Source: Candidatus Omnitrophota bacterium
GTDB lineage: Bacteria; Omnitrophota; Gorgyraeia; JAFGHF01
Direction of reading: 5' to 3'
Assembly: GCA_020341815.1 (NCBI GenBank)
Contig: CP070837.1
Coordinates: 1,474,607-1,538,606 of the forward strand
DNA: 64,000 nucleotides
Made by a program: the position numbers and the translations under genes. Below are positions 19,493 through 28,815 of the stretch, piece by piece; within the stretch, counting starts at the first letter, position 1, and each line of letters starts with the position of its first letter. Below the pieces are notes generated by a model that ran no database searches, had not been told where the DNA came from, and worked only from the letters and a program-made list of their open reading frames with translations.

Positions 19493-20299
19493 ATGCCGTT
19501 TCCAAAAGTTACTAAAAAAGATATAGTTGATAAGCTGGAGAAACTCAAGGTGCGAAGGGGAGATGATATTTATGTAGCATCTTTTACTCCCATACTTGGC
19601 AGGGAGCCGAATATCCTAGAGCACACAATAGATGCCTTGATTGAAATTGTAGGCGCTAGCGGCACAGTGGTAATGCCGACTTTTAATTGGGATTACTGCC
19701 GTGGTGAGATATTTAATCCAGAGACCACCCCTTCACAGGTCGGCGTACTTACGGAAATATTCAGAAAAAGGCCCGGGGTCTTAAGGAGCCTTACGCCGCC
19801 CTGGTGCACATTTGCAGCAATAGGCAAATACGCCAAAGATATAGTTAATGTTAGAGGAACTTCGCCTTTCGGAATAGACTCGATAGCCCAGTTTCTTTAT
19901 GAGATTAACGTAAAGTACGTCCTGTTGGGGTGCCCATATAAAGATGCCGTTATTCATACGCATTGGCTGGAAGAGAAGTATGAGGTGCCTTATCGATATT
20001 GGAAGCAATTTAAAGGCAAAGTTATGACAAACGGGAAAACAATTACCGATGTTTCATATATGTATGCCCGCAATTTAGAAATTAATGCAGATATCGATCC
20101 AGGCCATTTAACAGAATTATTTGATAGAACAGATAAAGTTAAAATAGAAAGGTTGGGTTTAGGCAAAGTCCGCAGCTTCAGAGCCAAAGATTATTGCGAT
20201 TTCATGATTCCCTATTTTGAAAAAGACAAATTGGCGATTTTAAAGCCCGAAATTAAAAAATACTTTGATGAATACGGCAAATACAAATTTGCAGAATAA
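19493..20299 (+). CDS. AAC(3)-family (aminoglycoside 3-N-acetyltransferase-like) acetyltransferase
   Basis: The pattern DIYVASFTPILG...ALIEIVGASGTVVMPTFNW matches the AAC(3) family core (L.VHSS...AL...G..GTL.MP). The protein is 268 aa. Confidence 0.5.
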   Translation: MPFPKVTKKDIVDKLEKLKVRRGDDIYVASFTPILGREPNILEHTIDALIEIVGASGTVVMPTFNWDYCRGEIFNPETTPSQVGVLTEIFRKRPGVLRSLTPPWCTFAAIGKYAKDIVNVRGTSPFGIDSIAQFLYEINVKYVLLGCPYKDAVIHTHWLEEKYEVPYRYWKQFKGKVMTNGKTITDVSYMYARNLEINADIDPGHLTELFDRTDKVKIERLGLGKVRSFRAKDYCDFMIPYFEKDKLAILKPEIKKYFDEYGKYKFAE

Positions 20300-20531
20300 A
20301 GTAAGCGAAGAAGAAATCAAACGTCTAATGGGAAGAATCTGGAAGATTAATCCTTCAGAAATTCCCTCAGAGATTGAATTTAGCTCTATACATAATTGGG
20401 ATTCGGTAGGGCATGTGGATTTGATGTTGGAATTGGAGAAGGAATTTAAGATAGATATTAATAACGAGACCCTTACTCAATTAACCAGTTTGAAGAAAAT
20501 TGTAGCATTTATTAACGGTTCGGACGAATGA
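20265..20531 (+). CDS. Acyl/peptidyl carrier protein (ACP/DltC-like)
   Basis: An 88-aa acidic protein. FSSIHNWDSVGHVDLMLELEKEF fits the phosphopantetheine-attachment region (DSx, then helix LELEKEF). The true start may be the TTG at 20289 or the ATG at 20325, because 20265 overlaps the upstream stop by 35 bp. Confidence 0.6.
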   Translation: MMNTANTNLQNKVSEEEIKRLMGRIWKINPSEIPSEIEFSSIHNWDSVGHVDLMLELEKEFKIDINNETLTQLTSLKKIVAFINGSDE

Positions 20532-22360
20532 ACACTTTAGATAGCGTTTTGATTAACGTACCTATAAGCAGCCCTCTGCATCCCCAGGCTAATTTGCCTT
20601 TTCTGAAAGGATTTTTAAAGCAGAACGGCTTTAAAACGAAGATTTATGATACCAATATTAAATTCTTGAATTGGTTCCTGGCAGAGCAAAGTTTCAATAT
20701 CAAAAATATGGAGTATATGAAAAATCCTGTCGAATTATTAAAGCTTTATAACGATATAGAGCATGTTTTATATGAAAAATGTAAATCTTACCGCAATTTA
20801 ACGATAGGTTTAAGAAATATAAGTCTGGATTACAGCCGCACTACCTTCGACAGCGTGCTTAAAGCTGTCGAAGATAAAAGCGCCAATCCTTTTATAGATT
20901 TTTATAATGAGTTCATCGATAAACATATTTTGCCGGATATCCCGAAAATAATCGGCATAGGAATAATTTTTCAGGATCAGATAATCGCCGCATTTACATT
21001 GGCGCATGTAATTAGAGAGAGGTTCCCTGAAGTTAAGATTGTATTAGGGGGGCAAATTATAACCCGCTGTTATGATACGCTGCTTGAAAGCGGGCTATTA
21101 AATCATCTATGGGACTATCTTGTATTATGGGATGGAGAGATGCCTTTGTTGGACATACACAGAAAAGTCATAAATAAAAGCCGGGTTCCCATGATAAATA
21201 TAATAGAAAAAAAAGAGAAAAACCTTATAGACCGCTCTAAATATGCCTATGATTTGAATAATTTGGAGTGTCCTGATTTTTCAGATTTGGATTTCAATGA
21301 ATATTTATTCCCGGAGATGTTATTTCCCCTGCAGACTGCCAGGGGATGTTACGGGTCTTGTGAATTTTGCGCTATCCCTGCGGGATCGAACAATTCATTC
21401 CGTCAGCGCAAGGCAGATAAAATAATCGATGATATATTAAGTATTCAAGAGCATACCTTAAAAACATACGGGAAGAAAGCCGTATATTTTAAGTTTATGG
21501 ATGATACCTCCTCGCCTAAGACTTTATTAGCGGTGGCCCGTGAAATAAAATCAAGAAGCATAGAGGCTCAATGGGAAACATTTGTTCGCCTGGAGAAAGA
21601 CTTCGAAGATGCCGATTTTATGGAGCAGCTTTATCAGGGGGGCTGCCGAAAGTTGATGTGGGGGCTGGAGACCAATAACCCCGATATTTTAAAAAATATG
21701 CGCAAAAAGATAAATGTTGCCTCTATAGATAAGATACTGCAGGCCGTATCCAAAGCAGGTATTATAAATTTTGTCTTTGTTCTGCTCGGATTTCCCGGTG
21801 AAACAAAAGAACAGCGCGATAAACTTGCGGAATATATCATCAATAATAAAGATATCCATGTTCTTACTATCGCTACTTTTGACGTGACTAAAAATTCGCC
21901 TATACAGAAGAATTTTGTTCATCCTAATGTTTGGGGTATAGAGATTGATAAGCCTGGAGGATTTGAGGTCAGGCTTCCTTATACGGTTAAAGGAGAAAAT
22001 TGGAAGAAAATGATAGTTGCCGAGGCCCATAGGATTTTAGTCAAAATCATAAAAGAAAGGCCGGATATAGGCTTTATGAGTCTGTTTCCCGATCAGGCAA
22101 GAGGGATCCTGGGGAATAAATATGGCAACGGTTGGGGGAGAGAATTTTTATCGGACTTTGGGCAGGACAATATCAGGCAGTTATTGTTATCCACGGAAAG
22201 CTATATAGATAGCTTTGCCAATCAAGAGGAGATTGAGTTGTCGCTGCTGCCCGAACCAATTAAACGCGAACATATGCGCACGAGCGAAGATATTAAGGCA
22301 GTTGCCGAGGCCATTTCAGCCCGCAAAAAATATGAAGAGAGAAGGATGAAGCAGGTATGA
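20528..22360 (+). CDS. B12-binding (class B) radical SAM enzyme
   Basis: The radical SAM motif is ARGCYGSCEFCAI (CxxxCxxC), preceded by a roughly 250-aa N-terminal Rossmann-like module. It overlaps the ACP gene with an ATGA junction. Confidence 0.7.
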   Translation: MNTLDSVLINVPISSPLHPQANLPFLKGFLKQNGFKTKIYDTNIKFLNWFLAEQSFNIKNMEYMKNPVELLKLYNDIEHVLYEKCKSYRNLTIGLRNISLDYSRTTFDSVLKAVEDKSANPFIDFYNEFIDKHILPDIPKIIGIGIIFQDQIIAAFTLAHVIRERFPEVKIVLGGQIITRCYDTLLESGLLNHLWDYLVLWDGEMPLLDIHRKVINKSRVPMINIIEKKEKNLIDRSKYAYDLNNLECPDFSDLDFNEYLFPEMLFPLQTARGCYGSCEFCAIPAGSNNSFRQRKADKIIDDILSIQEHTLKTYGKKAVYFKFMDDTSSPKTLLAVAREIKSRSIEAQWETFVRLEKDFEDADFMEQLYQGGCRKLMWGLETNNPDILKNMRKKINVASIDKILQAVSKAGIINFVFVLLGFPGETKEQRDKLAEYIINNKDIHVLTIATFDVTKNSPIQKNFVHPNVWGIEIDKPGGFEVRLPYTVKGENWKKMIVAEAHRILVKIIKERPDIGFMSLFPDQARGILGNKYGNGWGREFLSDFGQDNIRQLLLSTESYIDSFANQEEIELSLLPEPIKREHMRTSEDIKAVAEAISARKKYEERRMKQV

Positions 22361-23553
22361 TTTTGCGAGATTACTTGAAATTATTAGAAAAGTATATAGA
22401 TAATCCTCAGCAGAATGCCTGGTATGAAAGGCTGATGGAAAGGGTGGAAAAAGGATATTCAATCTTCCAGGGCTTGGATGAGGTAAGGCGCAAGCGCTTC
22501 TTGAGGCAATTTAACAACAGGATAAGGACCGAGGAATTAAAAGCCTGGTATAGTTCTCCCGAGGGAGAAGTCCTCTTTCAGGGGACGTCGATATCGTCAT
22601 TGATAGTTCCCTGCGAATTATCTGATCCGCTTTTTTTGAAAGGCATTGAAGATCTTGAGGATGCCGTTGCCGAGAATTATATCAGGCTTCATGACCGTTA
22701 TGCGGACCAGGTAAAAAATGCCATTATTGAAAATGTCGATACGTGGATAAAAGAAGGCCTTTATTATGGAATCGTGCTTTCTTCCAAGATAGTTTCTCAG
22801 GCCTTTCAGTTAAAAGTGCCTTATAAGGACGTGGTCTTTAAGGTCAGAGATTTTTTAGTAGACCCGCATGAAATTACTTCTTATCCCCTTGATGTCAGGA
22901 GAGAATATTTTCAAAAGGCAAAGGAAAAAATCGATTGTTTCAAAAATGTAGATCTGAGTCGTGAAGAGGTGGAGGCAAGCTTAGTCCTGGCCGATATCAG
23001 CAAACCCAGATTGGAGCAATTTAAGGATAATGTTATTTTGGCGCCCGTAAGGTGCAATGAAATAGCAACAATCTTTGCAAATCGCGTTAAAGAATTGATA
23101 ATCGCAAAGACAAGCGGACGAATTCAGCCAAAATCGCTTACAGTGGTTATCTTTGATACCGACACCCCATATATTTATCACCATCTTTTGGAATGTAACG
23201 GCAATTCTTTAGCCCCGATTTTGCCCGGCTTGACCCTTATGGGGGCCAGCGGAACGATAGACGCTTTCAGGTGGCTCTATGCCTATAGGGTAAGCCTGGT
23301 CGGGCAGAAGATAATGAAAAGTTCGTTATATTCCGAGGTTCACAGGAAGTTTATTCCTTTTGTCTATTTTGGCGTATTGGTGCCGCGCGATGCCGAAATC
23401 TTATTAGAATCCGAGAACCTTAGCAGATTAAGATACCGCGGAGGCATAGATCCGGCTTTGGAATTCTGCTATCTTATACCGACTATCAATGAATATCTTG
23501 AGACCGAACGACAGGTTGATATTTATAAAAAACTTAAATTAAAAGCGAAATAG
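22357..23553 (+). CDS. Hypothetical protein (398 aa), no recognisable motif
   Basis: It is a long ORF in the operon frame with an ATGA junction and codon usage matching its neighbours. I recognise no family motif. Confidence 0.3.
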   Translation: MILRDYLKLLEKYIDNPQQNAWYERLMERVEKGYSIFQGLDEVRRKRFLRQFNNRIRTEELKAWYSSPEGEVLFQGTSISSLIVPCELSDPLFLKGIEDLEDAVAENYIRLHDRYADQVKNAIIENVDTWIKEGLYYGIVLSSKIVSQAFQLKVPYKDVVFKVRDFLVDPHEITSYPLDVRREYFQKAKEKIDCFKNVDLSREEVEASLVLADISKPRLEQFKDNVILAPVRCNEIATIFANRVKELIIAKTSGRIQPKSLTVVIFDTDTPYIYHHLLECNGNSLAPILPGLTLMGASGTIDAFRWLYAYRVSLVGQKIMKSSLYSEVHRKFIPFVYFGVLVPRDAEILLESENLSRLRYRGGIDPALEFCYLIPTINEYLETERQVDIYKKLKLKAK

Positions 23554-23557
23554 AGAT

Positions 23558-24295
23558 ATGTGTACCATAGGTTATCATAAAGCCCTGAATTTAATCTTTA
23601 AGAACAGAGACAAGAGTGAAATAACAACCGAGGAGATGGTAGCCGAAGATAACTATATTGCCTTCAGGACAAAGGGCGCCGATTATTTTAGCTGCGGCGT
23701 TAATAGATACGAATGCGGCTTTGTTAGCGCTGCTGTTAACACGCCCCAATGGACTGACCTGATCTATAAGGGTAAAGTGCAGCAGGCAAATCAGCAGCTT
23801 AAAGTTGAGAAGAGGGGATTGAGCAATCCCATGATTCTGGTTTCTGAAATGTTATCTCGAGCCAGAAAGATAAAGGCGATTATCGATAAAATAGAATCTT
23901 CCGAGTTAAGCTGGCAGGGCTATAATATATTATTAGTGGATAGCGGACAAGCATCGCTCATCGAGACATATAATTCCGATATCCGGATAAGGGAATTGCG
24001 CCCGAGGGAGGTAATTACCAATTATTTCTCACTTCTTGATTTTGGGCCTAAAGATTACTCTGAATATCCGAGTTCTTTCAGACGCCATGAATACGGAAAT
24101 AATAATATTAAATCCGCAGCATCTGTTAATGATCTGTTTGAGTTATTGAAGCCTGCGGATGAAAATAAAAGAAAAAAGATATGGCGCAGAGGAGCGTTCA
24201 AGACTATTTCTTCAAGCATAATCGATTTAAAAAGGCGTTTAATATACTATTCGAAAGATATAAATGAAGATTACTCAATTTTCCGAATGCATTAA
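23558..24295 (+). CDS. Hypothetical protein; N-terminal Met-Cys-Thr hints at an Ntn-type (N-terminal cysteine nucleophile) hydrolase/acyltransferase
   Basis: It begins MCTIGY. Choloylglycine-hydrolase/PVA-type Ntn enzymes begin MCT..., but at 245 aa it is shorter than classical members. The call is speculative. Confidence 0.25.
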   Translation: MCTIGYHKALNLIFKNRDKSEITTEEMVAEDNYIAFRTKGADYFSCGVNRYECGFVSAAVNTPQWTDLIYKGKVQQANQQLKVEKRGLSNPMILVSEMLSRARKIKAIIDKIESSELSWQGYNILLVDSGQASLIETYNSDIRIRELRPREVITNYFSLLDFGPKDYSEYPSSFRRHEYGNNNIKSAASVNDLFELLKPADENKRKKIWRRGAFKTISSSIIDLKRRLIYYSKDINEDYSIFRMH

Positions 24296-24316
24296 GAAAG
24301 GACGGTTTTTAAAATT

Positions 24317-25063
24317 ATGAAAGAAAAATATGATACTAGCCTGGAAATGTCAAGGTATATTGACCTTGAATTGTATCACGAAGTGGAAAAGACCCATCCC
24401 TTTTATGTGGAAATGATTGATGAGATTCTCAGTCAAATTAATAAATTTTCTCAGAACAAAGAGGGAAGGCTGAAAATCCTTGAATTCGGTGCCGGAACGG
24501 GAATCTTAACCAAAGAATTGCTTGGCATCCCTTCGCTCCAAGTCGATGCCCTGGAAATCGACCAAGAATGCTGCAAATCGCTGAATAAGCATATTAGCAG
24601 TAATGGGTGCAACATTATTCAGGGCGATATAGTAACCTATTGTAAAGAAAACTATTATGATTTAATTGTATCAAGCTTTGCCCACGACCATATTTCCCAT
24701 GAAAAAAGTACCAAATTAGCTGAAAATATTAAAAGAAATCTAAAAAAAGGAGGCGTCTATATCATGGGCGGCGAAATACTGCCTCCTTTTTCTACAAAGG
24801 AACAACAGCGGGAAGCCTTGTATAAATATCACGGCTATATAATAAATAAAGCGCTAAAGGATGAAAACTTTAGAGTTGCTCAGATTGAAATTAATGCCTT
24901 GAAATCGGGATTAGAATATATAGGGGATTTCAAAAGGCATGTATCCATGTTCGAGGAAGAGATATCCTCGGCTGCCCTCAAAATAAGATTCAGGAAAAAA
25001 ATAGGGCCGCATGAAGTGGATGATGTCGGCGGCGTTTATGTATATGTGATTGAAGCCGCATAA
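24317..25063 (+). CDS. Class I SAM-dependent methyltransferase
   Basis: Motif I is ILEFGAGTGILTKELL (GxGxG), followed by an acidic residue at the end of the next strand (VDALEID). Confidence 0.65.
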   Translation: MKEKYDTSLEMSRYIDLELYHEVEKTHPFYVEMIDEILSQINKFSQNKEGRLKILEFGAGTGILTKELLGIPSLQVDALEIDQECCKSLNKHISSNGCNIIQGDIVTYCKENYYDLIVSSFAHDHISHEKSTKLAENIKRNLKKGGVYIMGGEILPPFSTKEQQREALYKYHGYIINKALKDENFRVAQIEINALKSGLEYIGDFKRHVSMFEEEISSAALKIRFRKKIGPHEVDDVGGVYVYVIEAA

Positions 25064-25093
25064 TATCGCAACTGAACATTTGGCAGGTTTGTA

Positions 25094-26563
25094 ATGAAAG
25101 AGTTCTACGGGAAATTACATAATATAATCAAAAATTCTAAGGCAGTGGCCTATACCTATTACGGACAAACGCATTCATATACTGAATTGTATAGGGATAT
25201 GTTAAAAGTCAATTCAGTCTTGCGGAATTATCGAAATGAGCGGGTTGCTCTGTTTAGCTCCAAGCATTTTCATGCTTATAGCGCGATATTTTCTATAATT
25301 CTTTCCGGGAATGTATGGATACCTTTTACTCCGGAGGTGCCTGAGGGTCGTAATCTTGATATCATGAAGCTGGCCGAGCCCAAACTTATAATTACAGACC
25401 GCCGGCTGCCTGTTTCCTTAGCTGAGTACGCCAAAAATAAGGGAATAGCGGTGGTCGAGCTTGAGAAAGTCATGGCCGAAAATAATATAGCCGAATTTGC
25501 CTTAGGGCATTTCAACAAGGATGATATTGCCTACATTATGTTTACATCCGGCTCTACCGGCATTCCCAAAGGCGTTCCCATGACGCATGAAAATTATATT
25601 AATTTTATTAATAACGCTATGAATATCTTGCCATTTAAGCAAAACGAGGTGTTTTCCGATTTCCATGATTTTGCTTTTGATATTTCCATCTTTTATCTGT
25701 TCTGCTGTATTCTGACAGAGAGCGCCTTCGCCCCTATTATAAAAACTGAAGATACAATTATCCCCATAAATCACATTATTAAAAACAATGTTACAGTCTG
25801 GTCAAGCGTGCCTTCGGTTATATCGAGGTTAAAAAGGTTTAAAAGGGATGACCTTATACAAACGCCGGTTAGAATTATGTTTTTGTGCGGCGAGCCTTTC
25901 AGATTGGATGTCTTGGAATATTGTTTTAAAAACTTACGGCTTGAAAATGTATATGATTTCTACGGATTAACTGAGACCGGAGTCGAAAACTTTTATCATA
26001 AGTGTCATCCGGATGATTTAGTTGAGTATCGGGATATAGGTTTTGTGCCTATAGGCAAGCCCTTGAAAGGCAACCAAATCCGCATAACCGAGGAAAAGGA
26101 ATTAATGCTCAGCGGCTGCCAGGTTACTCCGGGTTATCTGGGCGGTATATCCTCGGAAAAATTTGAAATAATCGATGGAATAAGATGGTATCATACCGGA
26201 GATATCGTCGTTAAATATAAAGACGTTTACTTTTGCAAGGGCCGCCTGGATTCGCAGGTTAAACTCAGTGGATACAGGGTGGAGCTTATGGATATAGAGA
26301 CTTATATTCGCAGAATCGATGGGATTGACGAGGCGGTTTGTTTTATTGAAAGCATAGATGAAAAGATGCTGCTTATTGCCGCTGTAAAAGCAAGAAATAA
26401 AATCGGCCTTAGGGATATACAGGATAATCTGAAATTTCATCTGCCAAATTACATGATACCCAGAGACATTTTATATTTGGATAATGTACCGTTAAACAAG
26501 AACGGAAAGATAAATAGAAAAAAAGTTCAGCAGATGTACGTAAAAAAGGCCCTAATCCCTTAA
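25094..26563 (+). CDS. Stand-alone adenylation enzyme (AMP-dependent synthetase/ligase; DltA-like carrier-protein ligase)
   Basis: FTSGSTGIPKGV is the AMP-binding core motif A3. WYHTGD matches A7 and GRLDSQVKLSGYRVEL matches A8. The 489-aa length matches DltA-type enzymes. Confidence 0.85.
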   Translation: MKEFYGKLHNIIKNSKAVAYTYYGQTHSYTELYRDMLKVNSVLRNYRNERVALFSSKHFHAYSAIFSIILSGNVWIPFTPEVPEGRNLDIMKLAEPKLIITDRRLPVSLAEYAKNKGIAVVELEKVMAENNIAEFALGHFNKDDIAYIMFTSGSTGIPKGVPMTHENYINFINNAMNILPFKQNEVFSDFHDFAFDISIFYLFCCILTESAFAPIIKTEDTIIPINHIIKNNVTVWSSVPSVISRLKRFKRDDLIQTPVRIMFLCGEPFRLDVLEYCFKNLRLENVYDFYGLTETGVENFYHKCHPDDLVEYRDIGFVPIGKPLKGNQIRITEEKELMLSGCQVTPGYLGGISSEKFEIIDGIRWYHTGDIVVKYKDVYFCKGRLDSQVKLSGYRVELMDIETYIRRIDGIDEAVCFIESIDEKMLLIAAVKARNKIGLRDIQDNLKFHLPNYMIPRDILYLDNVPLNKNGKINRKKVQQMYVKKALIP

Positions 26564-26593
26564 ATAAAATATGCTACCCAAAGGCGAGCCACA

Positions 26594-27292
26594 GTGAAAA
26601 CTATTGCAATTCAACAACCTGAGCATCTACCATGGGTTGGTTTTTTTGATAAAATGGGGAAATGCGATGAATATATCTTTTTAGACAACGTTCAGTTCAA
26701 GAAAAGATATTTCGAAAATAGAAATAAGATACGGACAAGAGAAGGATGGCAGTGGATTACTGTTCCCGTGAAGACAAAAGGAAGATATTTTCAAAGAATT
26801 AATGAGGTAGATATTGAAAATACGGAAAATTGGCGTAGAAACTATTTAAAATCGATAGAATTTAATTATCAGAAATCTAAATATTTCAACCCATACTTTA
26901 AAAACTTAAATGAAATTATTAATCGAAAATATGCCCTCTTGACGGAATTGAATATTGGGTTAATAGAGTGGATCCGCGAATGTCTTAATATAAAGACACC
27001 AATAAAAATGGTTTCTCAAATAAGGAATTATACGGAACGTGGCAGTGAACTGATTTTAGCAATATGCAAGGATATGAATGCCGATAAATATATATCAGGC
27101 CCTGATGGTAGGAATTATTTAGATTTAGACAGATTTAAGAGAGAAAACATAAAGCTGGTTTTCCATGATTTTAAGCACCCAGAGTATTCTCAAGCTTACA
27201 GCCCCTTTGTTCCTTTTATGTCAACAATTGATTTTTTGTTTAATGCGGGTCGAAGTGATAAATATATGGATAAAGAGACTTTAATATGTTAA
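26594..27292 (+). CDS. WbqC-like family protein (O-antigen-locus-associated, function unknown)
   Basis: It has a GTG start. The N-terminus IAIQQPEHLPWVGFFDKM matches the hallmark WbqC-like start (IAIMQPTYLPWLGYF...). The protein is 232 aa. Confidence 0.6.
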   Translation: MKTIAIQQPEHLPWVGFFDKMGKCDEYIFLDNVQFKKRYFENRNKIRTREGWQWITVPVKTKGRYFQRINEVDIENTENWRRNYLKSIEFNYQKSKYFNPYFKNLNEIINRKYALLTELNIGLIEWIRECLNIKTPIKMVSQIRNYTERGSELILAICKDMNADKYISGPDGRNYLDLDRFKRENIKLVFHDFKHPEYSQAYSPFVPFMSTIDFLFNAGRSDKYMDKETLIC

Positions 27293-28815
27293 GAGTTCTA
27301 TTAATTGGGCCTTATAAAGGCCGAGACAATTCAGGAGATTCATTTCTTGCGCCTCCTTTCGGGCTATACAGGATGAAATTCTATATCGAGAAGAAACTGG
27401 AAGACGTTTTTATCGATATATTAGATCCTAACATCGATAATTATAGGGACGTAGAAGGGGTATATGATGTTGTCGGTTTTAGTCCACTGCATTTGACTTT
27501 TGAAAATGATTTATTATTATTTGGCTATTTTAAATCGAAGTTTCGTGATTCTCTTTTTATTGCTGGCGGAATTGAGGTTTCCTCTATAGGAAAAGAAGTT
27601 TTTGATTATGCCCCATTTGACATAGCTGTTTTAGGCGAAGGGGAAGAGACTTTATTAAAAATTTTAAAAGCAATTCTAAAAGGAAAGAAGCAGTTTAATG
27701 GCATCAAATCAATATATCAGAGGAGACAGGGCCGGGTATATTTTAATGGATACGGGAAGCAGTTAGGATTGAGCCACTTTAAAGAAATCTATGAAGCATA
27801 CGAATTTATCAATATTCCGTATGATCGATATTGGAAACACAATGCACAATTTTATAAAGAACCTAATTGGACAGAAATCAGAACAATCAGGGGCATATTT
27901 TCTAATTTTTGCCCTTATCGTTGTAAATTTTGCGCTTCAACTAATTTTATCTCCTATTCTTATAGCGGAAAGCTTTCTGCCGGGAGCCGTTTCTATATTT
28001 TGCCCGTGAAAGATGTTATACGGTTTATATTAAAAATCACTGATGCATGGAAAGATGTCGAAACAATTATATTTGATGATGATAATCTTTCTCTGGATTT
28101 CCAATATCTCAAAAAGCTATGTTTAGAAATAATACAGCTAAAGGAAAAAGATAAGTTAAGGAAGAATTTGAGTTTTATTTGTCAAGGACGACCAGATGTT
28201 TTTGCTAGATCCAAGAAGAAAATCCTTAATTTGATGAAAAATGCCGGATTCCGGATGATTATGTATGGAGTAGAATCATTCTCTGATAGAGTATCAGCGT
28301 ACTTGGGAAAGAGAATTACCCGACAACAGGCAATGCAGACAATTGATGCAACAGTAGATGCAGGAATTGTTCCTCTCATCTATATTATTCTTTTTCCTCC
28401 GTGTATTTTAAAGGAAGATTTAATTAAGACAGTCGATTTATGTGTAAAATATCTATTAAAGAATTTGGAAATAAGCACTACATTGTTGATAATGGATATT
28501 CCCGGCTCCGAATTTTATTATGATACCTCTTTAAGACGCATTATTAAGAAATATTCTATAGCTAAGGGGATATCTATTCAGAAATCAGACTATATATGGC
28601 CTTCGGATGATGAACTGTTTGAATTGGGACGGGATATACATGAAAATTATTCTAACTATGAAGAAAATTTTAAGCAAAATTACGGCATACAGCATGTGCC
28701 CAGCCGCGTTTATTCTTTTATTGTTTTTGATGCTATATATCAGAAATTTGGATTAGAAGATAAACGCAAATATCTTCATAGAACATTACAGGATGTAATT
28801 AAAAACTATCAATAA
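27286..28815 (+). CDS. B12-binding-like radical SAM enzyme
   Basis: The radical SAM motif is FCPYRCKFCAS (CxxxCxxC) at about residue 210. The N-terminus has a Rossmann-like module (VLLIGPY...VAVLGEGEETLLKIL). Confidence 0.65.
   Translation: MLRVLLIGPYKGRDNSGDSFLAPPFGLYRMKFYIEKKLEDVFIDILDPNIDNYRDVEGVYDVVGFSPLHLTFENDLLLFGYFKSKFRDSLFIAGGIEVSSIGKEVFDYAPFDIAVLGEGEETLLKILKAILKGKKQFNGIKSIYQRRQGRVYFNGYGKQLGLSHFKEIYEAYEFINIPYDRYWKHNAQFYKEPNWTEIRTIRGIFSNFCPYRCKFCASTNFISYSYSGKLSAGSRFYILPVKDVIRFILKITDAWKDVETIIFDDDNLSLDFQYLKKLCLEIIQLKEKDKLRKNLSFICQGRPDVFARSKKKILNLMKNAGFRMIMYGVESFSDRVSAYLGKRITRQQAMQTIDATVDAGIVPLIYIILFPPCILKEDLIKTVDLCVKYLLKNLEISTTLLIMDIPGSEFYYDTSLRRIIKKYSIAKGISIQKSDYIWPSDDELFELGRDIHENYSNYEENFKQNYGIQHVPSRVYSFIVFDAIYQKFGLEDKRKYLHRTLQDVIKNYQ

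Noticed and set aside
23558-24295. Calling the MCT- protein a choloylglycine-hydrolase-family Ntn enzyme
   Set aside because: Only the N-terminal Met-Cys-Thr and the context support it. The protein is about 80–100 aa shorter than characterised members and I see no other conserved block. I kept it as a speculative note only.
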